Shown here: one piece after another, positions 1-15,564 of the stretch
Position numbering within the stretch: the first letter of the stretch is position 1
Layout of the letters: each line of letters starts with the position of its first letter
Source: Anthoceros angustus
Taxonomy: Eukaryota; Plantae; Anthocerotophyta
Assembly: GCA_010909165.1 (NCBI GenBank)
Contig: VJWM01000202.1
Span: 62,001 to 126,000 of the forward strand
Direction of reading: 5' to 3'
DNA: 64,000 bases
Notes under the pieces: model-generated
Database searches by the model: none
What the model was told of the DNA's origin: nothing
What the model saw: only the letters and a program-made list of their open reading frames with translations
Position numbers and translations under genes: made by a program

Positions 1-455
1 CAACGTCAAGCAGAATCACGAGGAAATGGTTTGTGAAGGTAAGGTGGCTTGTATAAGAAGAGCCACGAGTAAACGAACGTTGTAGTTTGTACCTGCTGAC
101 ACCCTGCTTTCCTAGATTTGACGTATGCAACTACATAGCTACTCAAGAAGTGTGCAAGGTACTTGCAGTAGGTGGTAACTGAACTTTTAGGAGGGCAGAC
201 GATTTCATTTGCTCGCGGGATGTATGCACATAGCCGGGCATCAGTATCACAGGAAGTTGCGACCACGGGCTTTTTTAATTGGGCGGAAATACACAGCAAG
301 GGACTAGGTTAGTTCTACGTGCTGTCATGGGTTTCCCACAGTCCATCTCTCGGTAGGGACCAGGATTACCTTCAATCGGGATCCCAGGCATGAGGTTTGG
401 CTTGGATCAGCCTCGCAAGGAACCTGCTTGTGTTGAACCTCAGAACAGTCCATAG
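1..455 (+). CDS. 3' exons of an unidentified gene entering from the left
   Basis: Short GT-AG-bounded pieces can be joined into ...NHEEMVCE/FDVCNYIATQEVCK/EVATTGFFNWAEIHSKGL/GMRFGLDQPRKEPACVEPQNSP* with TAG at 453-455; product not recognised. Confidence 0.35.
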
Positions 456-648
456 TAGGCAGGCCGGACGCAAGAGCAAACAGCAATCAATACCACATCA
501 CAAAGCTCATGCAACTGTCGCCAATAGCCATGTATGTACACATACCTACAGCTGAACTTGCACGCTGTTACAGCAGACAAGGAGAGCCAGAGGACAAGGC
601 ACAGCGTCCGAATCACCTTCCTGGAAGCACAAACAAACACAGAGACAC

Positions 649-768
649 AGGCACGCTCCCTCCGCAGGTATTAACCTGTTCAGGTGCGAAGGGACTCTCT
701 CAGCCTGCTCAAGTGCACAACACTGGCTCACAGCCAGGCTGCAACTGGAACAAGCACCCCCGGTGCCT
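649..768 (-). ncRNA. TPP (THI-box) riboswitch aptamer in THIC 3' UTR
   Basis: Minus strand reads aggcaccGGGGGUGCUUG...CAGGCUGAGAGAGUCCCUUCGCACCUGAACAGGUUAAUACCUGCGGAGGGAGCgugccu, matching the plant TPP aptamer core; P1 aggcac/gugccu; extended P3 with a cuggcu/agccag hairpin. Confidence 0.95.
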
Positions 769-1214
769 TGTGTGATTAGCCAACTTGACCGACACGAAAC
801 AAAAGGCCATAGACACGTTCTCAAATCAAAGCTTCAAAAGATTATTACTCCTCATTGCGAATATACAGCCCTGCAATCTGACATAGATACTATCACCGAA
901 GGCAGATACAGATAACATCATGCCAGACGCAGGGTAAAATATGAAGAGCTAAAGAAAGCTGACTATGTGCGCACACCAAACCCCAAGCACGAGTGAGCTG
1001 CCACAGCTCGCATGCAGGGACGTCCACTGACGTCAACCCTTTTGACAACTTGCAGCTAGGGAGTTGTTGTTACCAATCCTGTCTTCTCCTGCACGTCAAA
1101 CAGCACCAGTTTCGAGTTCAGTTACGACTGCACTCCGGACAATAGCAACCCATGACAAGCTTGAAGACAAGCACAAGCCAAGAAGCTGCTGGATAAACGA
1201 TCCCAACCTTTTCC

Positions 1215-5879
<4,665 letters not shown>

Positions 5880-6839
5880 CTTATCGTTCCTTCTGGCTTT
5901 TCGCACACAGACTGAAGGAAACGCAGCGTCCTCTGGTGTCATTCCTCTTGTTGTAGAAGCACATCCTACATGCTTGTCGTTGTACAATTGTAAATGTGGA
6001 GACCATAACGTTTTGGCCACCTGTCGCAGCTCCTGTCACAGAAATGGTTTTTTGTGAATAGGAAATTGCTCAAGCAGCTTTACTTCCTCCGGTATTTATA
6101 GTAAAACACAGTAGCAGCATTCACCTGCTCCAACTTTTAAAGCGCAGCGAAACAGCAACAGCCAAATTGTCCTTTCTGCTGTCTGTTCCTGTTCGGCGAC
6201 AAAGTGAAATCTCGGTCTTGTCGTCAAGCACCTGTCAGTGCCACCTTGAATTATGTAAACGATCTGGAGAGGAATAATCGTATCTACACAAAAAGCTCCT
6301 CCGTAGAAAAAATGGCTATCCCCTTCATCATAAACAGGACGGGAAGAAAGGATAAAATAAATGCCCACATCCGCACCAACTATTATGATTTGCAACCATT
6401 ACAAATCACTCATCACTGCAAACTCTTGTCTAAAAATCCGCCTTCGTAGCAGCAAAAAATGTTCCGAGCATACTTGTTTGACGTACGCTCATAGCCCAAA
6501 TAATCTCTGGGATTTTCCTTGTTCTGCTCAAGTAAGTGCATACTTCCGCCTTACTGCAAGGTTTCCCAAGCCTATATAGAGAGAGATCAAGCCAAGAGAG
6601 CAATGTGTTATGTCTAGATCAAGCAAAGAAAAACTCCACGTCCAAGTCTATTTTTTTGAATCAATCTGGATAATCTCATTTGCTTCCTACTGCGAATGCA
6701 GCAGTTAAGGCCAAAGCGCAAGAAGTGCAGAGCAAGTACCTTGCGAAACGGTTGCTGAATTTGTTGAGGAAAGAGCACTTGGCTCCTTGGAAATAGAACA
6801 AGCCCCATCAGTCTGATGAGGAGCCTCAAGATATCCCAG

Positions 6840-9800
6840 TTATCGCATGCGCAGGCTGTTTGCCGCACCCAATAGAATTGCAACAAAGACACTTAAGCCT
6901 GCTCCCAAGGCTGCACCCATTGCAGCAGTTCCCACCTGCCCATGTCTTGGTTGCTTGCTTCTGATCGGCACTCTGTTCGCCATTTCAAGTGCCAAAACCT
7001 CATGCAACAGCTCTTGACGTGCAGCTTCTTCAGCACTTTGTAACACGTTGTGTATGAGTTGCTGCAAGCTATTCACCCCCTCAGCGGGCACAACAACCTT
7101 CCCTTGAAATGGGCTGTAAATTAGCTTCTGGAAATTCTGCACCCTTCCCATAAGATTATTGTTGGTTTCCTGTCCAGCCTCTGCATTCTGCAAATCGTAG
7201 TCTGAATTTCCTCTGTAGGGGCGAGAGTTGAGAACAACTGTGAGAGTAGGAGGCACTTCATAGCTATCCATCACAGCAGCTGTCGCAACCTGGCGATGAT
7301 CTGCACTGACTGAAAATTTGTTCGTTATGGCCAGAACAAAAGGAATACCTGCCGCAGTCACTTCATCTATCAAAAGCCCCAAGGCAGGTCTCTGAGGTTC
7401 TGACTTCCGCGCTGTTGGATTCCGAATGTAGGGTATTTTATGAGCTAAATTGTGTACAAGTATGATAAGATCAAGCTTCTTACTAAGCTCACCAACTCTC
7501 ACATTTAGTTCCTGTCTTAACCGCTTGGCCTCCACATCCAGATTTTGGAGATTAATCCCTACCCCATCTACATAATGTACTCCAGCATTCACCCCTTCCC
7601 TTAAGTTGGTATCTGCAAAACCACCTCCTCCTGTACCAGTATTCTGTGCAGTGCGTGGTCGGCCTAAAAGAGCATGGCACAGAGAAGTTTTGCCAGCACC
7701 ATCAAGGCCCAAAAACCGAACCCGTCTCAGCCTCAGAGCGACACCTTTTGCCACAGTCACGAAGTCTGTACTACAGTAGATCACTACATGTTCCAGCCCT
7801 ACAACAGAAACATTGCTGACTCCACCATAGATCAAATCCAGACTAGTTTGAACACCAGGTACATAGTCAGACACGTCCATAGTAGATCCCTCATTACGTA
7901 CAGGCTTCTGCAAAGGTGGACCGATACGGATCTGCATTCTCTGCAACTTCGTTGACCCAGCCCCAGCAACCTCGCCACTGTCAGTTGGATGTGAAGGTGG
8001 AACTTCTACGGCAGTTGCACACCACCGTCCATTAACCTGGGCCTCAACCAGGGTGCAATGGTGCAAGCCATATCCTTGAACATCCACCACCAGGGGGCGA
8101 GATCTCCTTCTCTCTCCAGTGGAGCCAGTCCAGCCCAGGGGCACGAGCGAGGTAGCTGACTGAATGGACATTGATTCCGCAATCATACCTGCTTCTGCCA
8201 GCCCTCCTCGCATAATCCCAAACCATTTCCGCAAATGAGGTAGGTGTGGTAGATGATCCATCCTTGAAGACAAGGAGGAGAAGTCTTCAGTCATGCAGAC
8301 ATCATACATCCTTTGAAATCGGGTACGATAAGACTTCATAGTATGTGACTGAAAGCGACCTCTCAACTCAATCAGAACTGATTGAACTGTTGTCAATTTC
8401 GTATACTCAGAAGCCGAAAATGGTTCCACAGATGATCTTTCCAAAAGGTACAGCTCCCCAAAAGGCACATATTCCGGCAACTGAGGGAGATATGGTACCC
8501 TTCTGCGCCAGGGAGAAATCTCTCCAGTCTTCAAGTCCTTGCTTCCATGAACCGAGGGATTATTCTGGTTCTGCTCCATATAAGACGGCGGATCAAGGGG
8601 AGTCAGTTCAACTCCTGCGCCACCCTCCCTGATTTCCATCGAACCCGGTAATCCAGCAGCGTGGGCTCTCACAGTATTATGGGTCCCTCCCCCTCCAACT
8701 GTGGTAGCATCCGAACGATTTCCTCTCTTCGGAAGCCACCTTTCGATAGCAGCACGAGGAACAAGCCTGTGCAACCTCCAGAAATAATCATGGACAGGGC
8801 CAACACCTAATGTCATTCGTTCACTCCCACCTTCCGTCTCCGACTTCTTTGTGACAGCCTTTATCCCGAAAAATGCATCCTTCTGCGTCTTGGCTACAGG
8901 TGGAGCGAGATTCTGCTGAGACTCCAGTTCGGAGGCCTGCCTTCGGAAATGCTGAAAGTAAGCTGGTGATAGGATGCGAGGTACGACATCTTCTGGAATG
9001 CAATAAGTTCTGAAGTGTCGTTGCCAGCCGTTACGGTGGACATAGTCCCTCAGAGCGGAATTCCCAACAGGAGGCTGCGAAAACGTGATACACCTGATCT
9101 GAGGTGGTGCTGCACCTGGTTTAAGAACTGAAACAGACGCACAAGCTCGCAGGATGGCCAGTGTTGCCAGCACAGCCACTGCTCCACCCAGAGAATGACC
9201 ACATAGCACCAACCTTCGATCCTTCTTCTGCGCTAAACGGTAGATCTCCAGGACCGGTAAGCCCTTGGCTCTAGCTAGAAATCCACTGTGAGCAGCCGGT
9301 TTGGCACGACTGAGACGAGCCGATTTCGGTCTCGACGAAGCAGCAAGCCTGTCCGGAGGTCCCCTCCCAGATACCCCAACCGGTTTGCCAGCCTCACCAT
9401 CCAACTCCTCCTCCTGCTCCACCATGCTGCTCTCCGCATTCGGCTCGTCCTTGAACAGATCTCGCTGCAGAAAACTTGCATCAGCGATGACATCCTTGTA
9501 AGCCTTGGTCCCGATGAACGACGCATACAGAGTACTATCGCTCTCCGCGAGCAAATACTGATGCGGCACGTGACTCAGCGATGCCTGAATACGCTGCAAC
9601 GTCACCAATTGGCCCCCGAAATCCGTCTTGAACTTATTCACTGCGCGAATCACGTCACCTTCGGGCCTCTTGTACACGCATTCGGACATCACCATAGCGC
9701 ACAAAATGTCCTCCAAGTCCACCACGCTCTCCGCCTTCACAGCAGCCTGCAGCGCCTCAATTTGCTGCCTCCTCCGCACCATCTCATCTTGCAGCTTCTG

Positions 9801-9953
9801 CTTCTGCTCCGCCCCGGCCTGCCACGGCCACTTCCACTTCAGCCGGGACAGCAGCGTCGTCCCTCCCTGCCGCTCCCCTTGCCCCGGCTGCCTCTGCTGT
9901 GACCAATTCTGCACATGCTGCTGCAGCATGGCCAGCCATTCCTGAGGCAGCAT
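6840..9953 (-). CDS. Class 3 lipase-family protein with C-terminal P-loop domain and terminal TM helix; single coding exon
   Basis: ~1037 aa ORF: SECVYKRP, AAHSGFLARAKG, LCGHSLGGA (GxSxG), CITFSQPPVG, GLDGAGKTS Walker A, hydrophobic C-terminus; in-frame stop upstream of ATG 9953. Confidence 0.9.
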   Translation of the reverse strand: MLPQEWLAMLQQHVQNWSQQRQPGQGERQGGTTLLSRLKWKWPWQAGAEQKQKLQDEMVRRRQQIEALQAAVKAESVVDLEDILCAMVMSECVYKRPEGDVIRAVNKFKTDFGGQLVTLQRIQASLSHVPHQYLLAESDSTLYASFIGTKAYKDVIADASFLQRDLFKDEPNAESSMVEQEEELDGEAGKPVGVSGRGPPDRLAASSRPKSARLSRAKPAAHSGFLARAKGLPVLEIYRLAQKKDRRLVLCGHSLGGAVAVLATLAILRACASVSVLKPGAAPPQIRCITFSQPPVGNSALRDYVHRNGWQRHFRTYCIPEDVVPRILSPAYFQHFRRQASELESQQNLAPPVAKTQKDAFFGIKAVTKKSETEGGSERMTLGVGPVHDYFWRLHRLVPRAAIERWLPKRGNRSDATTVGGGGTHNTVRAHAAGLPGSMEIREGGAGVELTPLDPPSYMEQNQNNPSVHGSKDLKTGEISPWRRRVPYLPQLPEYVPFGELYLLERSSVEPFSASEYTKLTTVQSVLIELRGRFQSHTMKSYRTRFQRMYDVCMTEDFSSLSSRMDHLPHLPHLRKWFGIMRGGLAEAGMIAESMSIQSATSLVPLGWTGSTGERRRSRPLVVDVQGYGLHHCTLVEAQVNGRWCATAVEVPPSHPTDSGEVAGAGSTKLQRMQIRIGPPLQKPVRNEGSTMDVSDYVPGVQTSLDLIYGGVSNVSVVGLEHVVIYCSTDFVTVAKGVALRLRRVRFLGLDGAGKTSLCHALLGRPRTAQNTGTGGGGFADTNLREGVNAGVHYVDGVGINLQNLDVEAKRLRQELNVRVGELSKKLDLIILVHNLAHKIPYIRNPTARKSEPQRPALGLLIDEVTAAGIPFVLAITNKFSVSADHRQVATAAVMDSYEVPPTLTVVLNSRPYRGNSDYDLQNAEAGQETNNNLMGRVQNFQKLIYSPFQGKVVVPAEGVNSLQQLIHNVLQSAEEAARQELLHEVLALEMANRVPIRSKQPRHGQVGTAAMGAALGAGLSVFVAILLGAANSLRMR

Positions 9954-11692
9954 CCTGCCGCAGAAGCTCAATTCCCAGAGCTACCTCCAGTCCATACCAA
10001 TGACAATTGTCCTCATATCCTCCTCCCTGCAAAGATGCAAAAGCTCGTAACTCCCGTCACGATCGACAATTACCCAAACCCTAATCACTCCCCAGCTCGC
10101 CCGCCTCAACGCGGCTTCCGCTTCACGCGCGGCTTCTGCCACTGTCGCTTCCACTGTCTCTGGCAGGAGGCAGCGGCCGGACCTCCCGGCCCTGCCTCCT
10201 TCCTCCGCGCCTTCCCCGCGGCCGTCCGAAAAAATCCCCCGTAGCGTCCGCCCAAAGCTTCCGCCTCGAGCCGCAAGCTGTCGCGGCTTCCGCAGGGTGC
10301 TGCCGGGCCTCGACCTCGGATCCCAGGTTCTGCTCCTCGCCCTGCGGACGCGGCCATGCCATCGGCCTCGGAGGAGTCCGTCGCCAGCTTCCCTGCTGCT
10401 CCTGGGCATAAGCGACCGCGCGAAGACAAGGTCGGTAACCGGCGATAGCCGGTCACCAGCCGTTGGCCAATACCGCTCGGCCGAGTGTCCCGCCTTCACG
10501 CGGAATCCCGAACATCGAGGACTCTGGCGCATGCAGCAAATCGTGAGCGTGGGAACGCGTCACAGGCAGTCGCCCTGCAAAACCCGCCGGTCGAAACGCA
10601 AGGGCAAATTGTCAGACGCCCCTGATTGGCAGACTTGCCGGATCGAGGGCCTGACACTGTGACAGTGCTTAGCGAGATTCCAGATCATGAGCCGTCGAGA
10701 GCTCTCAAATCCCGATTGCTGGCAACAAGTCGTTGACCCCTTGTCAGGATGAACTTGAGAGAGTCTGTCCAGACATGGCAGCAGCGGCTGCGGCAGCGGT
10801 GCACCTGCGCTTGCACCTGCGCCCGCCTGCCGCTGCCGTGCCATGCAAGCTGCGGAACAGTGGCATTCGATTCTCTTTAAAAAGTCTCACAGGAATCTCA
10901 ACGACGCAACCGTCGAGCTCCACTCCTCATCCAGTGCGGAGGAGAGTAAGATTTTTCCAATGCGGAGGAGAATGAGCGGATGCTGATCGCATTTGAGACT
11001 CCTCTGCTGTGTCCAGATTTTGCAGCAGGCATGTGTGCATGTCTTGCAGTAATCCAGACGCAGCCGAGGAGTCTCAGATTCGATAACCAGCCGCGCGGTA
11101 CAAAAGTCCAACTGGGCGCAGATTTGAGTTGGGATTTGAGACTCCTCTGCTGTGCAGATATCCACTCTGCGAGCCCCAATCAGCTCGAGGAGTGTCATTT
11201 TGGCGCAGCAGATGCTCTCAAATCCAAGCCCAATGCTGTGGAAATAAGCTCTGCTTTACCGGACGAGCTGGGTGCAACAGTTTCAACTTCCAGTCGTACA
11301 AAGTGAGCCTCGTAAACTTGCGAACACTGACTTGCCAGTGGTGAATCGAAACGGTCACCTGACCGTCAGGGGTTGTATGTTTTTCGGTGACCGGTGTTTG
11401 CCGGTAGCCCAAACCTGGGCCACAATCTCCAAGCTTGTGCTTGTGAGGGGTCTCTGCTGTGTGTTGTGTGCTTCCTGACACAGTGATATTTTAGCGAAGC
11501 TTCTTCTTTTCCTTCCTTCTCTGCATTCCTTGTGTGGGGACGAGCATGGAATCAGCCGTTGAGGGGCGTGTGAATGAGAGTGGTTGCCGATGGGCTTTAC
11601 ATGCGGGTGGGAAGGATTTGAGGGCAAGATTCTGGATTGTGTGATGCCATTCACCCCATTGTGGACTGTGTGAGGCGAGGGAGGAGGTGGGA

Positions 11693-12975
11693 ATGACGGG
11701 CGGGAGCGTGACCGTGTGCGTGGGGGACATTCATGGGCATTTGCAGCGCCTGCTTAAGCTGTGGGACAACTTGGAGCTGCACTTGGGGGCGGAGGTCTTC
11801 AAATCCTGCAACGTTATCTTCCTGGGGGACTTCAATGACCGGGGCCCGGAGACGGCGGGGGTGTTAGACTTTCTCGTCTCTCTGCCCCGGCGGTACCCTG
11901 GGCAAAAACACGTCTTTCTGTGTGGCAACCACGATTTCGCGTTTGCTGCGTTTCTGGGACTGCTTCCCCCCGCCCCCCCGGGATTCTCGTTTGCCCGCAC
12001 ATGGAAGGAGTTTGAGAAGAGCAAGGAGAGGGAGGGGTGGTGGAGCGGAGCAGGGGAGGAAGAGATCCACGTGCAGGGTGTCCGATGGGCAGGCCGCATG
12101 ACAGTGGCGTTCAACACCATTAAGGGCACGTATTACCAGGGCTCCATCTATGACTCCAGGCCGACTTTTCAGTCCTACGGTGTTGCACATGGAGACCGGG
12201 AAGGTCAGATTCGGTCTCTGTTTACCTTTTGTTTGGAAAAAGAACACCAGCGTCTGGTTGTTGGTTGAGTGTGAGATAGCCAGATCATGAGTGTGGAGTT
12301 CTATTTGCAAACAGCTATGTGGTTGCAGGTTTGCTGAAGGCAATGCCGGACAGCCACAAGAAGTTTCTGCAGGACCTAGTGTGGGTGCATGAGCAGGTCA
12401 GTATCTTGTGCCTCTTTTTCTGTGTCGAGGGTGCCAAGATGCTGCTTGAGACACGCTTGCGTCTGAAGGCTAGTTTAACTAGCAGGAGGGGGTCGAGACT
12501 GGTGATCCAGCCACAAGCTACAGCAGGCTGATTGCTGTACACGCCGGACTGGAGAAATCGAAGCCCATAGAGCAACAGTTAGAAGTTCTTCGCAAGAGGG
12601 ATGTGACCTATCCCCGCATAGAAGCTCTGAGCGGGAGGAAGAACGTTTGGGATAATCCGCAGGTAAGCACCAAAATGCATACCATCCTCGGTCGTCGCTG
12701 CTGCGAGCTTCCACGCCGTCCAGGATCAAACATAAACTGAGTGTGGAATCTACTCATTGATACAGGAGCTGGCAGACCAAGGAGTATTGCTTGTCAGTGG
12801 GCACCATGGCAGCATGCTTGAGGACGAGAAGAGACTCATCATTGATGAAAGTGGTGGACTAGATCACTTGCCAATAGCTGCCGTGGTGCTTCCATCTCGC
12901 AAGGTTGTTCGAGATACGGACGGCAGCCATGGGACGACAGCAGATTCAGCAAGCCCCCTTCTTGCAGTAAAGTAG
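11693..12975 (+). CDS. RLPH2: Rhizobiales-like phosphatase (RLPH-type metallophosphoesterase); 4 exons
   Basis: GDIHG, FLGDFNDRG, GNHD, IAVHAGLE, VSGHHG, IIDESGG motifs; exons ~11693-12203, 12329-12396, 12487-12662, 12766-12975. Confidence 0.85.
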
Positions 12976-13200
12976 ACCGTTTGAGCACTTTGCACAGATT
13001 CCATACAATTTGGTGCATGTAATTTGGTGCATTACCAAAATGGTTAGTCCGCGGACACCGTAAAGATTCAATTCTGCATCACCTCCTTCAGTAAAGATAT
13101 GCTAGGTCGCCCGGACACCAAACTTGTACAATCTTGGCAGTCCCCAGAATCGGGGTCCTGCGGGTGCCTGTGAACTGCTGAATCGGAACTGAGCGGAGTC

Positions 13201-15084
13201 ATGGCGGCCGTGCATCGGCTGGTGGTTGAGGGCTTTCTCCCTGCCGGTGTGTGTAAGGTGCCCAACTACCTGTGTGTGCGTCAGTTGTACTTGGTTTCGA
13301 TCAAGCAAACTACAGTCACAGGCAACGCCTCCTTCAGGTTCTGTCTTCCTAGAGATGGCTACCAATATGATTTTCCAAGTTGTTGGTGGTCAGGAACTGG
13401 AATTCATTCACAAGAGCTGCAGCGTCATGGGGTATCGCCCACATGTCCGGTCAACAACTTTGTCACATCTAATTGCAACCAATTGCAGCGGGCTTGTGCT
13501 GCCCTTCCTCTCCGTCCGAGGTCAGATCTCTGACCTTAGCACCCGATGTGATATTGTGCTTAGTCACTCATTTAAACATAGTCACGCTGGAGCAGAAAGA
13601 TTGAAGGACCTTGTTGAAGAACGATTTGGCTGTGAGTTTGAGCTTTTCGTTGAATTCACCGGGCTAATCAGGCACGTAAATGCTGAATTTTCACGTAAGG
13701 CTTGTCTGTGGTTGAATGTTCGTAATCTCGCTCTGATTTGCAGTGCAGCTGGACCAAAGGTGCTAGAATTGGGTGGCACAGTGACGATAACAAGCCCTAC
13801 TTGAAGCAGCGACACTTCTCTGTATGGCTGAAAGGACACTTTGGACACGCTTGAAACCATGAAGTGTCCCGCGAAGGGTCCTGACTGACTGTATTATCGG
13901 CGATGCAGGCTGTGTGCTACCTGAATGATTATGACCTTGACTTCAGAGGTGGTTTGTTTCGTTTTGAGAAGGGAGAACCATCAACTGTTGTGCCAACAAA
14001 GGGGGTGAGCCGGATGCCTGTGACATTGCTGTGATGTGTGTGCAAGCTGTGATAGCTTTGGGGTACAGGGAGCAATAGCTTTTCTACTCAAACTTTTGCT
14101 GCTGGCTGCAGACTGTTGTAATATATTCTGCGGACGAAAACAATATGCACAGCGTGGATGAGGTGTGAGTAAAAGAGCTGCAATATGTGACTGATTGCTT
14201 TCCCTTTATATGAGACTTTGAGTTGTACTGTAAGGGTGAAACAAGCTCTCCTTGCCGATCTACTTAGGACGTACGCCTTCTTAAGACAATGGCCATTGCA
14301 GATTTCATGTGGAGAGCGCTGTACACTAGCGTTATGGTTCACAAGGGACAGTGCTCATGATGAAGATAGCAAGCTCATTCAGCAGCTATCTCAAACTCTC
14401 CCATTCTGTGCTAACGGTGTTGATACAAGCAATGGAAGCTCTGGGAATGCTGGCACTGTGAGTGAAGCATCTTTCTCTTGTTACCCAATGCCAGCATCAC
14501 CGAACATGTACTGGGCTTCGAACTGTGATCAGGATAGCGCAAATTCAGGCTACGACATTTCTCTTGATCGGTTGGCTTCTTTGGGGTTCACTCCTCTCGA
14601 ATGGATATCAAGTCTGCCTCCATCTGCTGAGCAGCAGCCAGAGAGGACAGCACAGGGATCGAGTGAGTCAGCACACGAGTTGAAGCTGGAGTCTACAAGC
14701 ACTGGTGCTTCCTATACTTTCAGGAACAGCTTGCATGCACTTCAGGTGAACACCCCCGACTTTTGTTTCATCTACATTTGAACCTGCCTTGGGATCTTGT
14801 TGGTGACTTGTACCCTGTTGTACCAGGTCTTACAGTTCCGGGTATGGCAAAAGGAGTCTGGGGCTTGCTGCCATTACCCTGAACATCAGATGATTCCAAG
14901 TATGGAGAAACTCGGCAGTCCTTGCATTGTTGCAGAAGCATCAGACTCTACAAGTGACGAAGCGTACAGCATCTACCAGGCTCAACGGCAATGGGAATGC
15001 TACACTAGTGCCTTGCGTACTGAAGTTATCGGGCAACTTCCGCAGTGGATGTCTTGTCAATGTCTATTCTCATCACCACCTTGA
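13201..15084 (+). CDS. 2-oxoglutarate/Fe(II)-dependent oxygenase (prolyl-hydroxylase-like), multi-exon
   Basis: Exon pieces ELEFIHKSCSVMGYRP, FELFVEFTGLI, IGWHSDDNKPYLKQRHFS (HxD), AVCYLN..FRGGLFRF, NMHSVDE, GERCTLALWFT, PASPNMYW. Confidence 0.85.
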
Positions 15085-15564
15085 ACACGCATTCGTCCAG
15101 TCTATTTTCAGAGCACGATCTCTGCTTCCACGATGGCTGTCCTTAAAATACTCTTGGATTCGGCCATTGCCGGGGGTGCTTTCAAAAGCATCTCTTATAA
15201 CACCATCAACAGGGCTGTCGGGTGGTCAGGCTGAACACAGCTTGCTCTTACCTTGGCACGTAGTACGAGGCAACAACACATCACAAAGACGAACATGTAT
15301 AACACTTGATTAAAAGTTTCATTTGGCTTTATTGCTCATGTTGAAGAGATCTTCACATGGCTGACTGGTTTACAAGGAGTCGGGAATGATCATGCAAATG
15401 TTCTGGCTTCATGGGCGGTGGCTCGGCGAAGTGCTCGCCTTCTCAGGCCACAGTCCAGAATCGCTAATGGAGGCTGGTCATGCTGCACCTCGTCTGAGCA
15501 ATAACGCACATGATGTTCAACTACGGGCCGGCAATCATAGGCCCAGCGCCTGCCCCTTCGACCC

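Noticed and set aside
10991-11155. 21-bp direct repeat atttgagactcctctgctgtg and ORF 10980-11306
   Set aside because: Only two copies, no recognisable protein or structure
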